A stretch of 64,000 bases of DNA from Octopus vulgaris (GCA_951406725.2 OX597824.1:32922001-32986000), one strand, 5' to 3'. Numbered from the stretch's first letter, positions 1 through 14,567 are shown. A program made the numbers and translations. The notes: generated from the sequence alone by a model not told the origin.

Positions 1-412
1 TCTTGTATTGCCTTTAGATCACATTTAGATTTGTCTTTTATTTGTTTGTCATTGGACTGCAGCCAATGCTGGAGTAGAGAATAAAACTACCAATTTTGTG
101 CACAAGCAATGTGGTAGACACTGGACGAAGTTACTGATTGGGAAAATAATTCAGAATTCTACATAATTATCTATATAGTAGAGTATACAAATGCTGGCTT
201 TGTAACCATGTGGTTTCAGTTCAACTCTTACTGAGTGGCACTTAGGGTGTCTTCTATTATAATTGTAGGCCTACCAATTTGTGAAACCTTATGGAAGCTT
301 GCCATATAAATATATATATATGTCACTAAAGTGAACAAAGGACACTAATCAGTATCAGTATTGCTAGAAATAAAAGTCAAAACAACTCAATAGCCACAAA
401 AGTACTATCTTA

Positions 413-1683
413 CGAGGGGCGTTCAATAAGTAATGCCCCTGACCCACTTCCCATAGCAGTAGAGCAACGAAACTTGGCACAGTTATTAGTCTTTTTCTAC
501 ATAGGAACCATTCAGAGTTACACATTTCTACACAGACCGTTTTTGTAGAAGACCCCAGCTTGGTCCTCCAACCACGACGTGACTTCAGAAATCAAGGCTG
601 CATCATCTGGGAAACGCTTTCCTTTCAAAAACAACTTCATGATTGGGAAGAGGTGAAAATCAGAGGGTGCAAGGTCAGGAAAGTAGGGGGGATGGGGGAG
701 GAGTTCATAGCCGCACGCCTGTGCTTCTGATCTGGCAACACGCGAGTTGTAGACCGGAGCGTTGTCCTGCAGGAGGAGGATGCCTTTGCTGATCTTGCCC
801 CGCCTCTTGATTTTGATAGCTTCTCTTAATTTCCTCAAAAGTGAAGCATAATAGGCTCCGTAATTGTGGTACCCTTTGCCAGGAAATCTGACAGCACTAC
901 TCCGTCCTGGTCCCAGAAGACTGTGAGCATGACCTTGCCAGCGGAGGGCTGCACCCTTGCCTTCTTTGGAGGAGGTGAGTCACGGTGCTTCCACTGCATT
1001 GACTGGGCTTTGGTCTCTGGATCATAGTGATGGACCCAGGTTTCATTCTGTGTAATCAGTCTTTTGAAAAATTTTGATTCATCTTCTTGGCACATCTCCA
1101 AATTCATCCTCAAGCACTCGATGCGTTCTTGCTTCTGGAAAGGTTTGAGCAACCTGGGAATCCATCTGGCAGACACCTTTCGCATATGCAAATGGTCATG
1201 AATGATAGTTTCCACAGACCTGGTACTAAACTTGACCTCATAGGCTATTTGGCGAATAGTTATGCGTCGATCTTCCAAAATGGCAGCCTCAACTTGACGG
1301 ACAGATGCCTCATCAATGGCAGAAGGGGCGACCAGATCTGGGAGCTGTTTCCACAGAGTTCCAACCATGTTTGAATTCACGATGCCAGCGTTTTACAAGG
1401 TCATATGATGGGGCATCATCACCATAAGTTACTTTCATTTCATCAAAAGTCTCCCGAGGTGTGCGTCCTTTCAAATACAAAAACCGGATCACTGCTCAAC
1501 ACTCAACAGGCTCCATTTCACACTTGACTCAGTTCAAACACCTGTATATCAGAAACCACAATTAGTTCAGAGCTGTAATTTGCCACTTAATCTATAGAGA
1601 TATAAATAATTGCACATGTAAATTTTCAGCTAGATCAAACAACTGCAAGTGGGTCAGACGCATTACTTATTGAATGCCCCTCG
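413..1683 (-). mobile_element. Mariner (DD34D) DNA transposon, near full length and decayed
   Basis: TA|CGAGGGGCGTTCAATAAGTAATGC...GCATTACTTATTGAATGCCCCTCG|TA terminal inverted repeats with TA target duplication. Confidence 0.95.
518..1516 (-). pseudogene. Mariner transposase pseudogene
   Basis: ATG at 1516 (MEPVEC*AVIRFLYLKG...), premature stop and frameshifts near 1325 and 855. Motifs WIPRLL, ITQNETWVHHYDPE (first catalytic D changed to N), LLQDNAP and HPPYFPDLAPSDF. Confidence 0.93.
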
Positions 1684-1957
1684 TAAATTACTGACAAGGG
1701 AGATAAGCTCCCTATTGTCGCAGAGTATAGCCAGATCATTGATGATCTGACTATATCTGTGACCGTAAGGAGCTTGTCTCCCCTGTTAGTAATTTAAGAT
1801 AGTGCTTTTGTGGCTATTGAGTTGTTTTGACTTTTATTTCTAGCAATACTGATGCCGATTAGTGTCCTTTGTTCATTTTAGTGACATATATATTTCTGCC
1901 TTCAGGTTCTAAAATTTCAAATTAGCCACCCATATTATTTATTTATATATATATATA

Positions 1958-2156
1958 GTTGTCTGGGGAGAGTCATTTTCTTTTTGTGCCTTATAATGTA
2001 ACACACTCACCGGTAAAATTTCCACTTATTTCTTATTTTTATTTTCCTAAAATTTTCGTTGCGTCTTGCAACCTTTTCAATGACTTTCCCCAGACATAAC
2101 AGAATATGCTCAACACACGAACTCATATAAAGAATGTTGTAAACCAAATCCAAAAA

Positions 2157-2159
<3 letters not shown>
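1958..2159. mobile_element. Asymmetric fold-back element, family A (Penelope-like, hammerhead-variant bearing)
   Basis: Arms GTCTGGGGAGAGTCATT / AATGACTTTCCCCAGAC between (TA)n tracts. Paralogous to 62680-62971 and 63238-63420. Confidence 0.75.
2046..2081 (-). ncRNA. Minimal hammerhead-like motif (UUGAAAA core variant)
   Basis: Minus strand a-TTGAAAA-g-GTTGC aagac GCAAC-GAAAATTT-tagg. The 5' strand of stem I (cta) is seen in the paralogues at 62841 and 63416. Confidence 0.55.
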
Positions 2160-2202
<43 letters not shown>

Positions 2203-2822
2203 GTATATTTATGTACATACGTGCATGTGTGTGTGTATTTATTGTGTGGGTTGTCTTTGTGTCCCCCACCACCACACTGTTTGATAACTGATGTTGGTTT
2301 GTTTACGTCCTCAGAGATTAGAAGCTCAATAAATGTGATCAATAGGACAAGTACCAGACCTAAAAACAAGTACTGGGTTCGATTCGTTGGACTAAACCCT
2401 TCAAGGCAGTGCTCTAGCATGATCACAGTCCTATGACTAAAAATAGCGATCAAAAAATAAAATTTTTTGCCCCATTCTTAAGGTCAAGCAGAACCATCTT
2501 TGGAGATGATAAGATGTAAGAAGTAACAATTCTGAGTAAAATGACATTCCAGGATGAAGATTTTTTCAGAATTTCTTTTCTTTTTCTAAATCAGTTTTTA
2601 TTGTATCTCAGGAGGGTTGAAGCCTTCTGTACGATATTTCTGTTGCAGTTTACTTTCTTTCAATTAATTTTGAAAATAATCAAAAATTTAGTAAATTAAC
2701 TTTGCTGTTATTAATTTAGATCACCTTGACCCTTTAACACTTGCATAATTTTCTCAAATGTAATGCTTATTTATTCACATTGTTTCAAATTAATCATGCA
2801 TTATCTTGTATGATGCAAGTAC

Positions 2823-3022
2823 ACTTTTACTCTTTTACTAGTTTCAGTCATTTGACTGTGGCCATGCTGGTGCACCGCCTTTAGTCGAGCAAATTGACCC
2901 CAGGACTTATTCTTTGTAAGCCTAGTACTTATTCTATCGATCTCTTTTGCCAAACCGCTAAGTTAGCGGAAAGTAAACACACCAGCATCAGTTGTCAAGT
3001 GATGTTGGGGGGGGGGGGACAA

Positions 3023-3053
<31 letters not shown>

Positions 3054-3190
3054 CGACGGGCTTTTTTCAGTTTCCATCTACCAAATCCACTCACAAGGCT
3101 TTGGTTGGCCTGAGGCTATAGTAGAAGACACTTGCCCAAGGTGCCACGCAGTGGGACTGAACCCAGAACCACACAGCCACTCCTACGCCT
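2823..3190 (-). mobile_element. tRNA-derived CORE-like SINE (octopus OR-type)
   Basis: Similar to the copies at 5115, 22203, 42730 and 51307; nested in a piggyBac-type MITE. Confidence 0.85.
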
Positions 3191-4391
3191 ATAGCAAGTG
3201 TTTATTCTTAGAATGACATTGTAGGGTAGATGTGAGAGGTCAGACCTGGCCAGCTTGAACATAAAATGTGTAGAATATTTGAGCCAGATATGGTCAGAAC
3301 CAAAGGAAATCTCAGGTGGATTGGCATCTAAATAGTTAATAAACCTGGGAACAGTTACTATAAAAGAACATGAGGCTGAACAAAAACAGAACGAAATTGT
3401 TTAAAAAAAAATCTGTTGCTTTATTTTCCTTTGCATCCAAGTACACAAATTTGCAAATGGTATCAACAGAACCAGAAATGGCATTAACAGAACCATATAT
3501 GGTCATGTGACTATTTCAGTTTTTAATTTTATATTTTTGGTTTATTATGTAATTATTACATTTGTTTATTTTGAGAAAAAAAAAAAAAAACTTTTCATTA
3601 ACAAGGTTTCCTGTTATTCAGTTAGATGTGGAATAAAAAAAGAGAACAAAATAAATTAAAAAAAATATATTAATGAAGAAACAAAGCAAGCAAGCAAGCA
3701 TGCAATAATATTAAATAATAATAATAATAAATAATAATAATAATAATCTTATATATGGATGACGATTTGGATTATTAAGGTAGGAAAGAAATTATATTAT
3801 GAGTGTTGAAGCCTTTCTTAATGAAATTAACAATGCAATTTGGACATTTCCAAATGGGAAAAATTGTAGCAGCCATAGAGTTGAGTGTTCTGAGTATTAG
3901 TGTACCATACTGAGTATTGTACCAAACTGCACTAAAGTATTATTTTAATAATAACTGAAAAGTGTCATGAAAACTATAAAAACATTAGCAATGTGGAAAA
4001 TGGAATCTATCAATGTGTGCGTGTATGTGTGTGTATAAATATATAAATCCCGTCTATTCACTTTCATAACTAACTTATGTCCCACACCTTTTTCCATGTA
4101 ACAATATATATATATATATATATATATTCTAATTCAATCATAAGTAAACTGACAGTGTGCAAACACACACATATATATATATATATATATACAGATAGAT
4201 AGATAGATAGACAGATACATGCGTATGAAGATACACATCAAGAAAGACTATAGCTTGTGACAAAGCTCTATGTCCCTCAAAGTTTATAGTTTTTCAAAAT
4301 CATACAAATGTGAAACTGGTTAAACAAATCATTATTAATATTGCTAAATCTTCATATACACTCTATGCATTAACTTCAGTTATTTCTTATA

Positions 4392-4704
4392 TATATATAA
4401 AATATTAGAAAAAAAACACCTTTTATCAATTCAAAATGAATAATTAAATTAATAATTAAATCACACCATCTAGAAAATTACATATAATAGAAAAGTTAAA
4501 ATTAAAATAATATTTGTTATTTTAATTTTAACTTTTCTATTATATGTAATTTTCTAGACAGTGTAATTTAATTATTCATTTTGAATTGATAAAAGGTGGT
4601 TTTTTTCTAATATTTTATATTTATTATATTGTGTGGAATTTGATTTAGTATTTCTAAATTTAATTCTTTTTCTTTGTAAGTTTGGATTTTATTCCCTCAA
4701 ATAA

Positions 4705-4710
<6 letters not shown>
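4392..4710. repeat. AT-rich asymmetric fold-back (about 110-bp arms, centre near 4513, about 90-nt tail) between (TA)n tracts
   Basis: ATAAAATATTAGAAAAAAAACACCTTTTATCAATTCAAAATGAAT... against ...ATTCATTTTGAATTGATAAAAGGTGGTTTTTTCTAATATTTTAT. Confidence 0.85.
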
Positions 4711-4761
<51 letters not shown>

Positions 4762-4913
4762 CTTATCTAAAATGGAGATGAGTACCAATATTTCCACGAG
4801 GTATGCTTGAACAATTGTAAAAGAATCTCAATACATGAAATCATTGGTAGCCTTAATAATATTTATCCACCAATGCAGTGTTAAGCACTCATTCTTACTG
4901 TCTGATATTAGCA

Positions 4914-4979
<66 letters not shown>

Positions 4980-5114
4980 GGATCAGTAAACAAAGTTGAT
5001 AGTATTATATACACACACAACTAACATTCACTGTATACATTTGTACATAAAGGAAAGATGCTCTATTTTCAAGCATGTTGTATTGAAGACGTAACTGAAT
5101 TTGAACTCATTTAT

Positions 5115-5513
5115 TACTCTTTACTCTTTTACTTGTTTCAGTCATTTGACTGCGGCCATGCTGGAGCACCGCCTTTAGTCGAGCAAATCAACCCCGGGAC
5201 TTATTCTTTGTAAGCCCAGTACTTATTCTATCGGTCTCTTTTGCCGAACCGCTAAGTGACGGGGACATAAACACACCAGCGTCGGTTGTCAAGCAATGCT
5301 AGGGGGACAAACACAGACACACAAACATATACACACACACTTATATATATATACATATATATGACAGGCTTCTTTCAGTTTCCGTCTACCAAATCCACTC
5401 ACAAGGCATTGGTTGGCCCGGGGCTATAGCAGAAGACACTTGCCCAAGATTCCACACAGTGGGACTGAACCCACAACCATGAGGTTGGTTAGCAAGCTAC
5501 TTACCACACAGCA
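5115..5513 (-). mobile_element. tRNA-derived CORE-like SINE
   Basis: Head GGCTGTGTGGTAAG...GGTTCAGTCCC, CORE-like CTTGGGCAAGTGTC and an internal (CA)/(TA) tract. Confidence 0.88.
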
Positions 5514-7660
5514 TATATATATATGATGGTGGTGATGCTGATACACACACACACACACAATAACTGCAAGTTACAACTGAGCAAGTGTTTTCTGCAATAG
5601 CCCCAGGCTAACTAAAACCTTGTAATTGGATTGGTAGATAGAAACTGAAAGAAGCCCAATGTGTGTGAATATATGTATGTGTGTGTGTGTGTTTGCGAAA
5701 ATATATGTGTATGTGTGTGTGTGTGTGTACACAATGCTCTAATCCTTTCATCTCCATAAATTCAAAGAAAATCACTTATATATATTTTTCATTTTAAGAA
5801 TTATTCTAATAATATTTAAAATTCACATTGTAACTTTTTACTAGTATTATATGCTATGTATATTGGTCTACCATTAGAAATATTTAATATTACATGACTC
5901 TGCATATGTGTATAAACATATATAATATAAGCACATATATATGAGCAGGTTTATACAATAAGAGTAAGCTTCTAAAAAAGATAGTCTTAGTTACATGCAT
6001 GATTTCTCACAGAAACATTTAATCTTATTTATTAGTGTTCAATACCCCAAGAAATAACGGGTACGACAACTAGTGAAATGAAGTGATTTTGTTCTCATAT
6101 TAAAGTGTGTGTGTTAAATATTTTGTAATTTTTTTCTTAGTCTGGTGAAAGCCAATACCTATCTGTAAGTTTCAGGCCATATATTTTGGAGAATAAAGAG
6201 ACATATTAGCAGAGTTGATATGGTGGGTACGAAATTTGAATGTTGACAGATTTATTTAGGGGGAATATGTAAATAAGTAGATTGTTCGAGAATGTCTGAG
6301 TGAGATTGGGATTAGTATGGAGTTTGAGGCATGACACAAAGTTGTGAAGAAGAGCGATGCATATGCATCTTGGGATGTATATATTTATTTATTTATATCT
6401 GTATGTAATGTTTATATCATTTGAAAAAGCATCCTTAAATTTAAGCATGTCTTCATACAAAAGATTTGGGTAAGCGATATATAAATGCCAAACGATTAAC
6501 AAAAAGCAATGTATAAATGCCAAACAACAAAAAGGAAATAAAAAAGATAAAAATAGAAGTAAGTTATGTCAATAATTTACAAATTAAAAATTTTTTTGGT
6601 AAAGAAGGAAAATAGTTAAGCTGTAAAATATACGTTTGTTATGAGTTACAGGTCATGAAATATTCTTAGTATATTACAAATGTGTTAATAGCAGCTCACA
6701 AATAAGGAGAAAAACATACTCTGTGTGTGTGTGTGTGTGTATATGTGTGTGAGTGTGTGTGTGTTTAAATTTATTCATGAGTGTGATAGTTTAAAATATT
6801 ATTAAATGATAAATTAATATTTTTCTTTCTGTTTATTCTTGTACCTTCTCATATAGTGAGTGTTTGTGGTTATATATACATATATAAATACAATTATATC
6901 AATATTGTTGTCAGAGAAGATTTGTCTCTCATTAACAACACTATCATCAAGAAGCAAATAATTATTGGCTACTCATTGAAAATTACAGTGTTTCAAATCC
7001 TAGTTATTCACCAATTGCATTTTTGCAAGTGTAACATATATACAACAACTTCACAAAATTGTGATCAAATACACAGTGAATGTTCAAATAAGAATATGTT
7101 AGGGAATGGCTGTCTAAAAGTTCCCTCATTAATATAAAAGAAATTGACATTATTATCATTATTGTTGTTGTTGTTGTTTTTGCCATTTGTCATTGATTAT
7201 AACTTTACAAGTAAAATACAAACCAAGGATAAGAGTTAGGTTTCCATTGCTTAACTCTTTCCACAAACTTTGAAAATTTATAAATATATTTCCAACAGAA
7301 AATATACCAACAGATAAAAATTTAAATTAGCAAGACACAAACACACATACCGAAAAAAAAAAAAAAAAAAAAAAACAACAACTAATTTATAAAGTTATTT
7401 TCTTTATAATATATAAATAAGTTAGTAAACATTTGGAATCACATACAATTGCCAATTTGTGTCAAATATATTGTATGCCAAAAAAAAAAAAAAGAAAAAA
7501 TATAAATAATGGGACTCAATTAGATCACAGGATGGCTAGAAAACAATTTAAACTATATATTGTCATAATATAATATTACAATGTTAGTCTCAACATTGAA
7601 ATATGTTCTAATGTTTTAGAATATCTTCACTATATTAATAAACAGAAGTGTAGTCTTACA

Positions 7661-7697
<37 letters not shown>

Positions 7698-10600
7698 CAT
7701 ATAGTTGTATAAATATGGTGAAGGAGTATACCACAAAATATTCATGTCCTATACAGATGAATAAAATTAATGAGCTTTGCTGGTTTTCTATATTGACCAT
7801 TCATAAGCTCTCTCTACACTGGACCTACTTGTACTACATATGGTATATAATAACGTTAAAAGAAGAAAAAAAAGAACAAAAAATAAATAAATAAAAACGC
7901 TTCCTGAGTGGAATGACAAAAGAGACCATATCTTTCATTGAAAGTGAAATGCTAAATGTATCTCTCTTTAAAGAACCATATAATTCAAATTGCTAATTAG
8001 CCACCCAAACTATATTGAAGGGTTTTACACCAATGTAAAGAACTTGTAACAGAGGTGTTTCTAATTAGTGTCTCATAGCTAATATCACATTGAGGTTTTA
8101 TTCTACATTACAGACAAGATGTAGTCACAGCATTCAAAGTGGTCTTACAAAAGTTAGTGACAAACACAAAGTTTAAACAGGAACAAAGACAAGAAAAGTT
8201 GAAAATTTAGTTGTAACTGAAATAATGTGGTTATTAAAACAGTTATATAAATCACAGCAAAAACTTCGTTTCAAACAAGCAAATTTGATTTTGTAATTAA
8301 AAAAAACAAACTAGCAATGGTATAGAGGAACTGGTGATGTGCTTATATACACAATGTTTATAGAGTGTCTACATTGGCAGAGCTTAAAATTTAATCAAGT
8401 ACTAATGCCAAATGACATTAAATGGCATGCTGGTTCTCATCACATCAAGAAAACTATTCGTTTGAAATTCATATAAAAAAACCTAACAATTTAAATAGGA
8501 TTCTAAATGGAATATCAAAATGGTCAGTGCTTTTATTATCGTTTACCACATAGATAGCAATCAGGCTGAGAACATGAGAAGAAACTATTAAAAATGTGAG
8601 ATTCTATTGAAGTGTCAATCACAAATGATAAGAAATTAATTCCAAAGTATACAAATTTGCTACCATCCCTTGGAACAGTAAATTATAGGGTACAGGTGAG
8701 TGTCAATAGCATGACTTGATATTAGTATTAAAACTGATAAATATAGAGTCAGAGATGGGTTGGCAAGACATCTGTGATATTAGATACAAGTGTGAGTTTG
8801 TTTACATGAATATATAACTGTGTAAATTAAGCATGCCAGTGACAGAATAATAATAGTAACAACAATTACAAACTGAAGTTAAACTAGATCTAATTTAGTG
8901 ATTTGCTTAACAAAGTAGAGTGATATTAATGATTTCTTAATTAGGCATGAAGCCTTAGACACAAGAGTGAAAAGAAGTTGCAGTAATTATATCTTTTCTG
9001 AAGGCATAAAAATAACGAAGAGTTCTCATCAAAAATTAAAAAAAAAGACCAGATTATGGAATCTATTTACTGCACAGTTACCACTACACAAAACTCATCT
9101 ATTTCTTAATAGCAACTGTTTGTGACTTAGGCCTAAGGCCAGCAAATTCTAGGGTTTTGGGGGTTAGTTGAAATCATCAACCCCAGTACTTGACAGGTAC
9201 TTTAATTTACCAACCCCAGTGGGATAAAAAGCAAAGTAGACATTGGTGAGATTTGAACTCAGAATGTAAAGGGCTGGTAAAAAATACTGCAAAGCATTTT
9301 GTTCGATGTTCTAATGATTCTGTCAAATAATAATAATAATAATAATAATAATAAGTTTCAAATTTTGGCACAAGGCCAGTAATTTCAAGGGAGGGTGTAA
9401 GTCAATTACATCGACCCCAGTACACAACTGGTACTTATAGAATACATATAATAATTCTTGATACTTCAAAAGAGAAGATGATGACAAAAATTCAAAACTT
9501 GTATAAGCTCTAAGATTTCTTTGAATAACATTATTGCATGCAAGCAATGATACCTGGTGGTTACTGCAAATATTTTAGTCTTTTGTATATTCATTATTCA
9601 GGAGTTATAGGGTTAACTTATCAATGCTAGAAGTACAGAAAGCAAAAGCAAAGTCATTTCCAATAGGATTTAAATTAATATTGTAAAAGGATACAATTAC
9701 ATACCACAAGACATATTATCCAGATCCTAGAATAATAATAATGGTTTCAAATTTTGGCACAAGGCCAGAAAATTTGGGTAAGGAGGGTAAACTGATTACA
9801 TTGACCCTAGTGTTCAACTGGTACTTACTTTATTGACCCCAAAAAGATGAAAGGCAAAGTCAGCCTCAGTGGAATTTGAACTCAGAATGTAAAGGCAGAT
9901 GAAATGCTGCGAAATATTTTACCCAGCACACTAACAATTCTCCCAGCTTGCTGCCTTTAATAATAATAATAATAGTGCTTGCAAGCCAAGTAGAATTAAG
10001 TATCTTCATTAAGCACATAACCCGATCAGCAGTATAAAAAAAAATCATTATTAGGTACAAAGAGTTTACTGCCTTAGACGTTAACAGCAGAAATATCCTG
10101 AACAAGATTTGTTATACAAGCATCAGTATTAATATTATTGATAGAATAAGTATGCAAGGGAGGGGGGAACTAATAATAATAATAATATTAGGACAAAAGA
10201 GTAATAATGATTGCTTTTAAATAGACCCAACACCAATGTTTGTATGAATGGACTGAATGGACATTTCTCCTCCTGACCCAGGAGGAATGAAACACAATTT
10301 TGACTCCATGGAGAGGATGAAATGAAACAGTATCAAGCATTCAGTACAGCTTTCTACTATTTGCGACTGCAATAATAGAAGAAAACAAATTGGACAACCT
10401 CACACAACATTGTGTTTATCATAGGAATATATTTTTAAATGGCAGTGCCCCAGCATGGTTACAGCCAATGAGTAAGATAGCACACAAGGGGGGAAAAAAT
10501 TCATAATTTCTGATTTACCATAAAATGTAAAGCACACATACACACACACACTCACATTGAAAAATAGGACTTGTGTGGAGCTAGGGGGAAAATATATTAA

Positions 10601-11300
10601 ATAAAACTAAAAAATACAAATGTTTATCAACATCTCCAGTTTCAAAGATAAACTGAAATATAAAAAATATTTAAAAAAAACATGCAATTAACATACATAA
10701 GACCTATTTAAGAGAGAACAGACAACATGAAAATAAGCATATATAATAATAATAATAATGTATGAATATATGTTTTCTTTATTAAAACTCAAGTTGCGAG
10801 ACAAACTCCCAGCTTCAAATAATCAAAAAAGCCATATCCTCTACAACATATTGAGCACTCTTTCTCATTTGTTTGACAAAAAGCATTATATATTTATCAA
10901 CAGATTTGTTTTCACCATTACAGAATAAAAACAAATTCTAATTTTATACAAAATAAATTCCTAGTATATATTAAAAGTTTAAAAAATTTAAATATTACAC
11001 ATTTGTATGTTTCTTGAGAAAACAAGACATTGTTAAGCCAAAAAAAAAAAAAAAGAAAGAAAAAGATAAAAAATTTGAGCAAAATTCTCAGCAGCAACAT
11101 TAAAAAAAAGAGGTAGACCAAAAATGAAACCAACAAAGTTTGAGTTCTTTGTTCATAAATATTTATATATCATGTTGGATATGAAATTCAATGGTGAAGT
11201 AAATATTTTGAAGGAAAAAAGTTAAATTTTACTCTAATCTAACAAAGAATTTTGAAAACAAGATATTAATAGGAAAATTGTTGTGGTAGTTGTTATTGGA

Positions 11301-11348
<48 letters not shown>

Positions 11349-12123
11349 TTGCCATTGCTTTAATTTATACAAGCTGCATCCAAATCTCAACCAGAGATGT
11401 CAAAAGACATATACCTGTTTGCATCTAAAGATGCAAACAGGTAAAATTCCATGCAATGGAAGAAATTTATGAGTGTCTTATATATATAAAAGAAAATCTC
11501 TAAAAAATGTTATTGTTGTTGTTCTTGTGACACCTATTTCAATACCAAGTTTAAAAGCATTAGAAGTATTAGTTTGCAAAATTTATTCATGTTAGAAAAT
11601 ATAGAAAGAATTAAAATCAGAAGAAACAGCTAAAAAAAACAAGCAAAAGCAGCTACATTCATTTTAATGATTTACCAAAATTAGTCAACAAAAGTATGAG
11701 CAGCAATATTTGAATACATACAAAGTTCATTTCTAAATATATGCAAAATATCAAGGTCACACCTTACAATATATATGCACTGGAATGATTTCCTTATAAG
11801 GAATTTCATGTACATTCTTGTCTATTAACAATAACAACAAAGAAGGAAAATGAAAATAGGAATGATCTTAAGAAATTTAAATCATGAATGAGATAAGCAG
11901 CATTGTGGTTGGTGGTATGATAGAGAGTGCAAAAGAGATAATTTGTACTGCAGCTAGACTGTGAGATAATCTCCGGTGGAAAAAATTTGCACAGATTGTA
12001 AGAAGAGTGTAAAACGCACTGCAAAGAATTTTGATTTCACTTGGGAATTGTAGTTCAGTGAATCTGTAATCAGAATTGGCATCTGAAGAAATAAAAGGTA
12101 TAAAAAGCTATAATGTGTGTGTG

Positions 12124-12166
<43 letters not shown>

Positions 12167-12177
12167 CTGTATGTATG

Positions 12178-12209
<32 letters not shown>

Positions 12210-14528
12210 CACACCAACACACACAGACATCATATACAATTATATACATACATACATATACAGATATTCAGAAATTTGATAATTGATAAGATTGCAAGAA
12301 AATGTACAGAAACCAGTTTCCTTTCTTTATTGACCTTTTGACCTTTCTCTTTCTAAATTTTCAGACATTAAGCCAAGAGGAACATTATCAAATGTATCTG
12401 TCCTTTACCTTTCTTAATTTTTTTTTTAAAGATTTGGCTGCTATTTGTATCAGGTCAAGCAACTGTGTAGAGGCTTCCTCATAAATTATTATTGCATAAA
12501 AAATGACCGACAACAATAGCAAAAGAAGGATATCTAGTAGTTTGGTAAATAAATGAATTATACTTGATTCACAATGACCACACAACAAATTGAATGCAAC
12601 AGTTGTGTTGTTGTTGTTTAGCCCCAGGTTAACCTTGAACAAGGAGGCTTAGGATCCAAACCATTCCAGCTGTGACCATCCTGTCTTTTTGAAGCACATG
12701 TACAATGTGTCCTTCCTTTTTTAAAGGTGGTAGGATTCTCATTGGATTGATAATTGCTGTGCTGTTGTTTGGCTCCAGGTCAAACCTCATCAAGCAGAGT
12801 GAAAGCCAGTCCAGTTGTGACCATCCAATCATTTTAGAGCATCTAGGATTGCCCAGTGTATCCTTTCCTTTTGTTAAGATGGTATGGCATTATTTGAGGG
12901 AGATTAAGCTGCTATTTCTAGTGGGTCGAGCAACTATGTAAAGGCTCCCCAGTGTTTAAATGACAAGTAACTGGGGTTTCCCTTCCATAGTTAGTTTCAG
13001 ATTTGAATATTTGGGAATCTAAAGATTAAAACAAAAGTTGAAACAAGGTTTCAAAACAAAAATGTGTGTCTGAAGTGTGTTGACAAGAAACTGAGTCTTT
13101 CAAAGAATCCAAGAAAAATAAACTAAACTTCAAAAAAAAAAAAAAAAAAAACATAAGAAAAGAAAACAACAGCTATATTATCTTTAAAACTTTTTCATGT
13201 TTTTATTAAAATAACTGAATACAATTTAACATAATTTACAATGTAACTGGTATATAAAATGCAACATGACTAAGTAGTTAATATTACCATGTAGAGAAAT
13301 TAAAGTAATCATTGCAAGATATATCTTGCTCCAAGGGTACAAAATTGTGTCTGCGGTAGGGTAAGAACTCACAACCCAAGAACCATTAAAACTTAACCTA
13401 TTTGATCATTGACCTTCAGATAGTGCTGATATACTATCAGAGGAAATGATTTAGTTCATTCTAATCAATTAAAAATTTAAAGAAAAAAATTTATGAGTAT
13501 TATATATATAAGAGTTTAGATTAAAAAAAAACTTCAAGTAGTTGCAAAAAGTTTTTCAAGTACATCTTTAAAAAAAAAAATCTATGAAATATTAAGCTCT
13601 GAATATCCAAATGCAAAATGTTAGATAACTAGAAAATTATTTGAAAGCTATTATTTAACACCACTTGAGATTAAAGCATATTTTAAAGTCAACAACAAGC
13701 ATTTTTGTTTATATTTCAACTGCTCATACTGTTTTTCTTTTGTTTTTAACAACGTTGATACAGTATAAAACAATTACTTATTTAATGAAAGGAAAAATAA
13801 AAAAAAAAGAGAAGAGAAATCCCCAAAAAACAATTCTTACATAAAAGAATAAAACATAAAAATGAAAAATTTTTGTTTCACTAGTTTTCTTTTTCTTCCT
13901 TCTTTTGATTAAGATAAAGTTACATCAATGATGTGCATAGAAATAAAAAATAAATTAAATTAGATTAGATTAGATTTAAATAAATAATGCGCACATTCTC
14001 ACAGCCAATTTTAAAAATTACAATAGTAGTGCAATAAAAATGAACAGCCACTCTCACTTCATCAAAAGATATTTTTTTAAAAAACCCCAAAAAACTATAA
14101 CATTTAAATAAATAAAAGCATTTAGCATTCCAAGTTAATTGAGATTAAGTCAGAATAATGAAAAGCTAGTTAAATTTTTTACTTCATAAATAGAACGAAG
14201 TTTGACTAATTCACTTTTTCTCTAATAAGCAAATAGGTATTATTCCCATATTGATCAATAACTGTGAGTCTACAAATTCAATGGGTCATTGGAATATCAC
14301 TAACAAGTTCCGTGTTATGCAGTGTAATGATAAATCAGCTGAGTGGAGACTATACTTCTCCCTGTTATTTCCAACATAATAAAAAAACACTTGCCAATTT
14401 TACAGTACTCCCACTGATTACAGTTCTGAGTTATATTATACTAGAATGTACATTTGCAGTAAATATATATAGTATAAATGCAGTGTATATTTACAGCAAA
14501 TATACATAGTATGGACACTATGTATAGA

Positions 14529-14567
14529 AATAGCCAACATTTCTGCAGATGGTTCATCTTCAGTATT
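14529..14567 (-). ncRNA. Degenerate hammerhead-like motif
   Basis: Minus strand aata-CTGAAGA-tgaaccatctgca-GAAATGTT-ggctatt, next to a (TA)n tract. Stems are weak. Confidence 0.3.

Larger units (their letters stand above)
321..1945. repeat. About 145-bp-arm fold-back (321-412 plus 1686-1739, against 1742-1886) with a 3' tail, interrupted by the mariner
   Basis: TGTCACTAAAGTGAACAAAGGACAC... is the reverse complement of ...GTGTCCTTTGTTCATTTTAGTGACA. Centre is AGATCAT-TG-ATGATCT; flanked by (TA)n. Confidence 0.9.

Noticed and set aside
1688-1725. Hammerhead in the 321-1945 fold-back (CTGACAA-GGGAG ataag CTCCC)
   Set aside because: No GAAA follows the stem in either arm.
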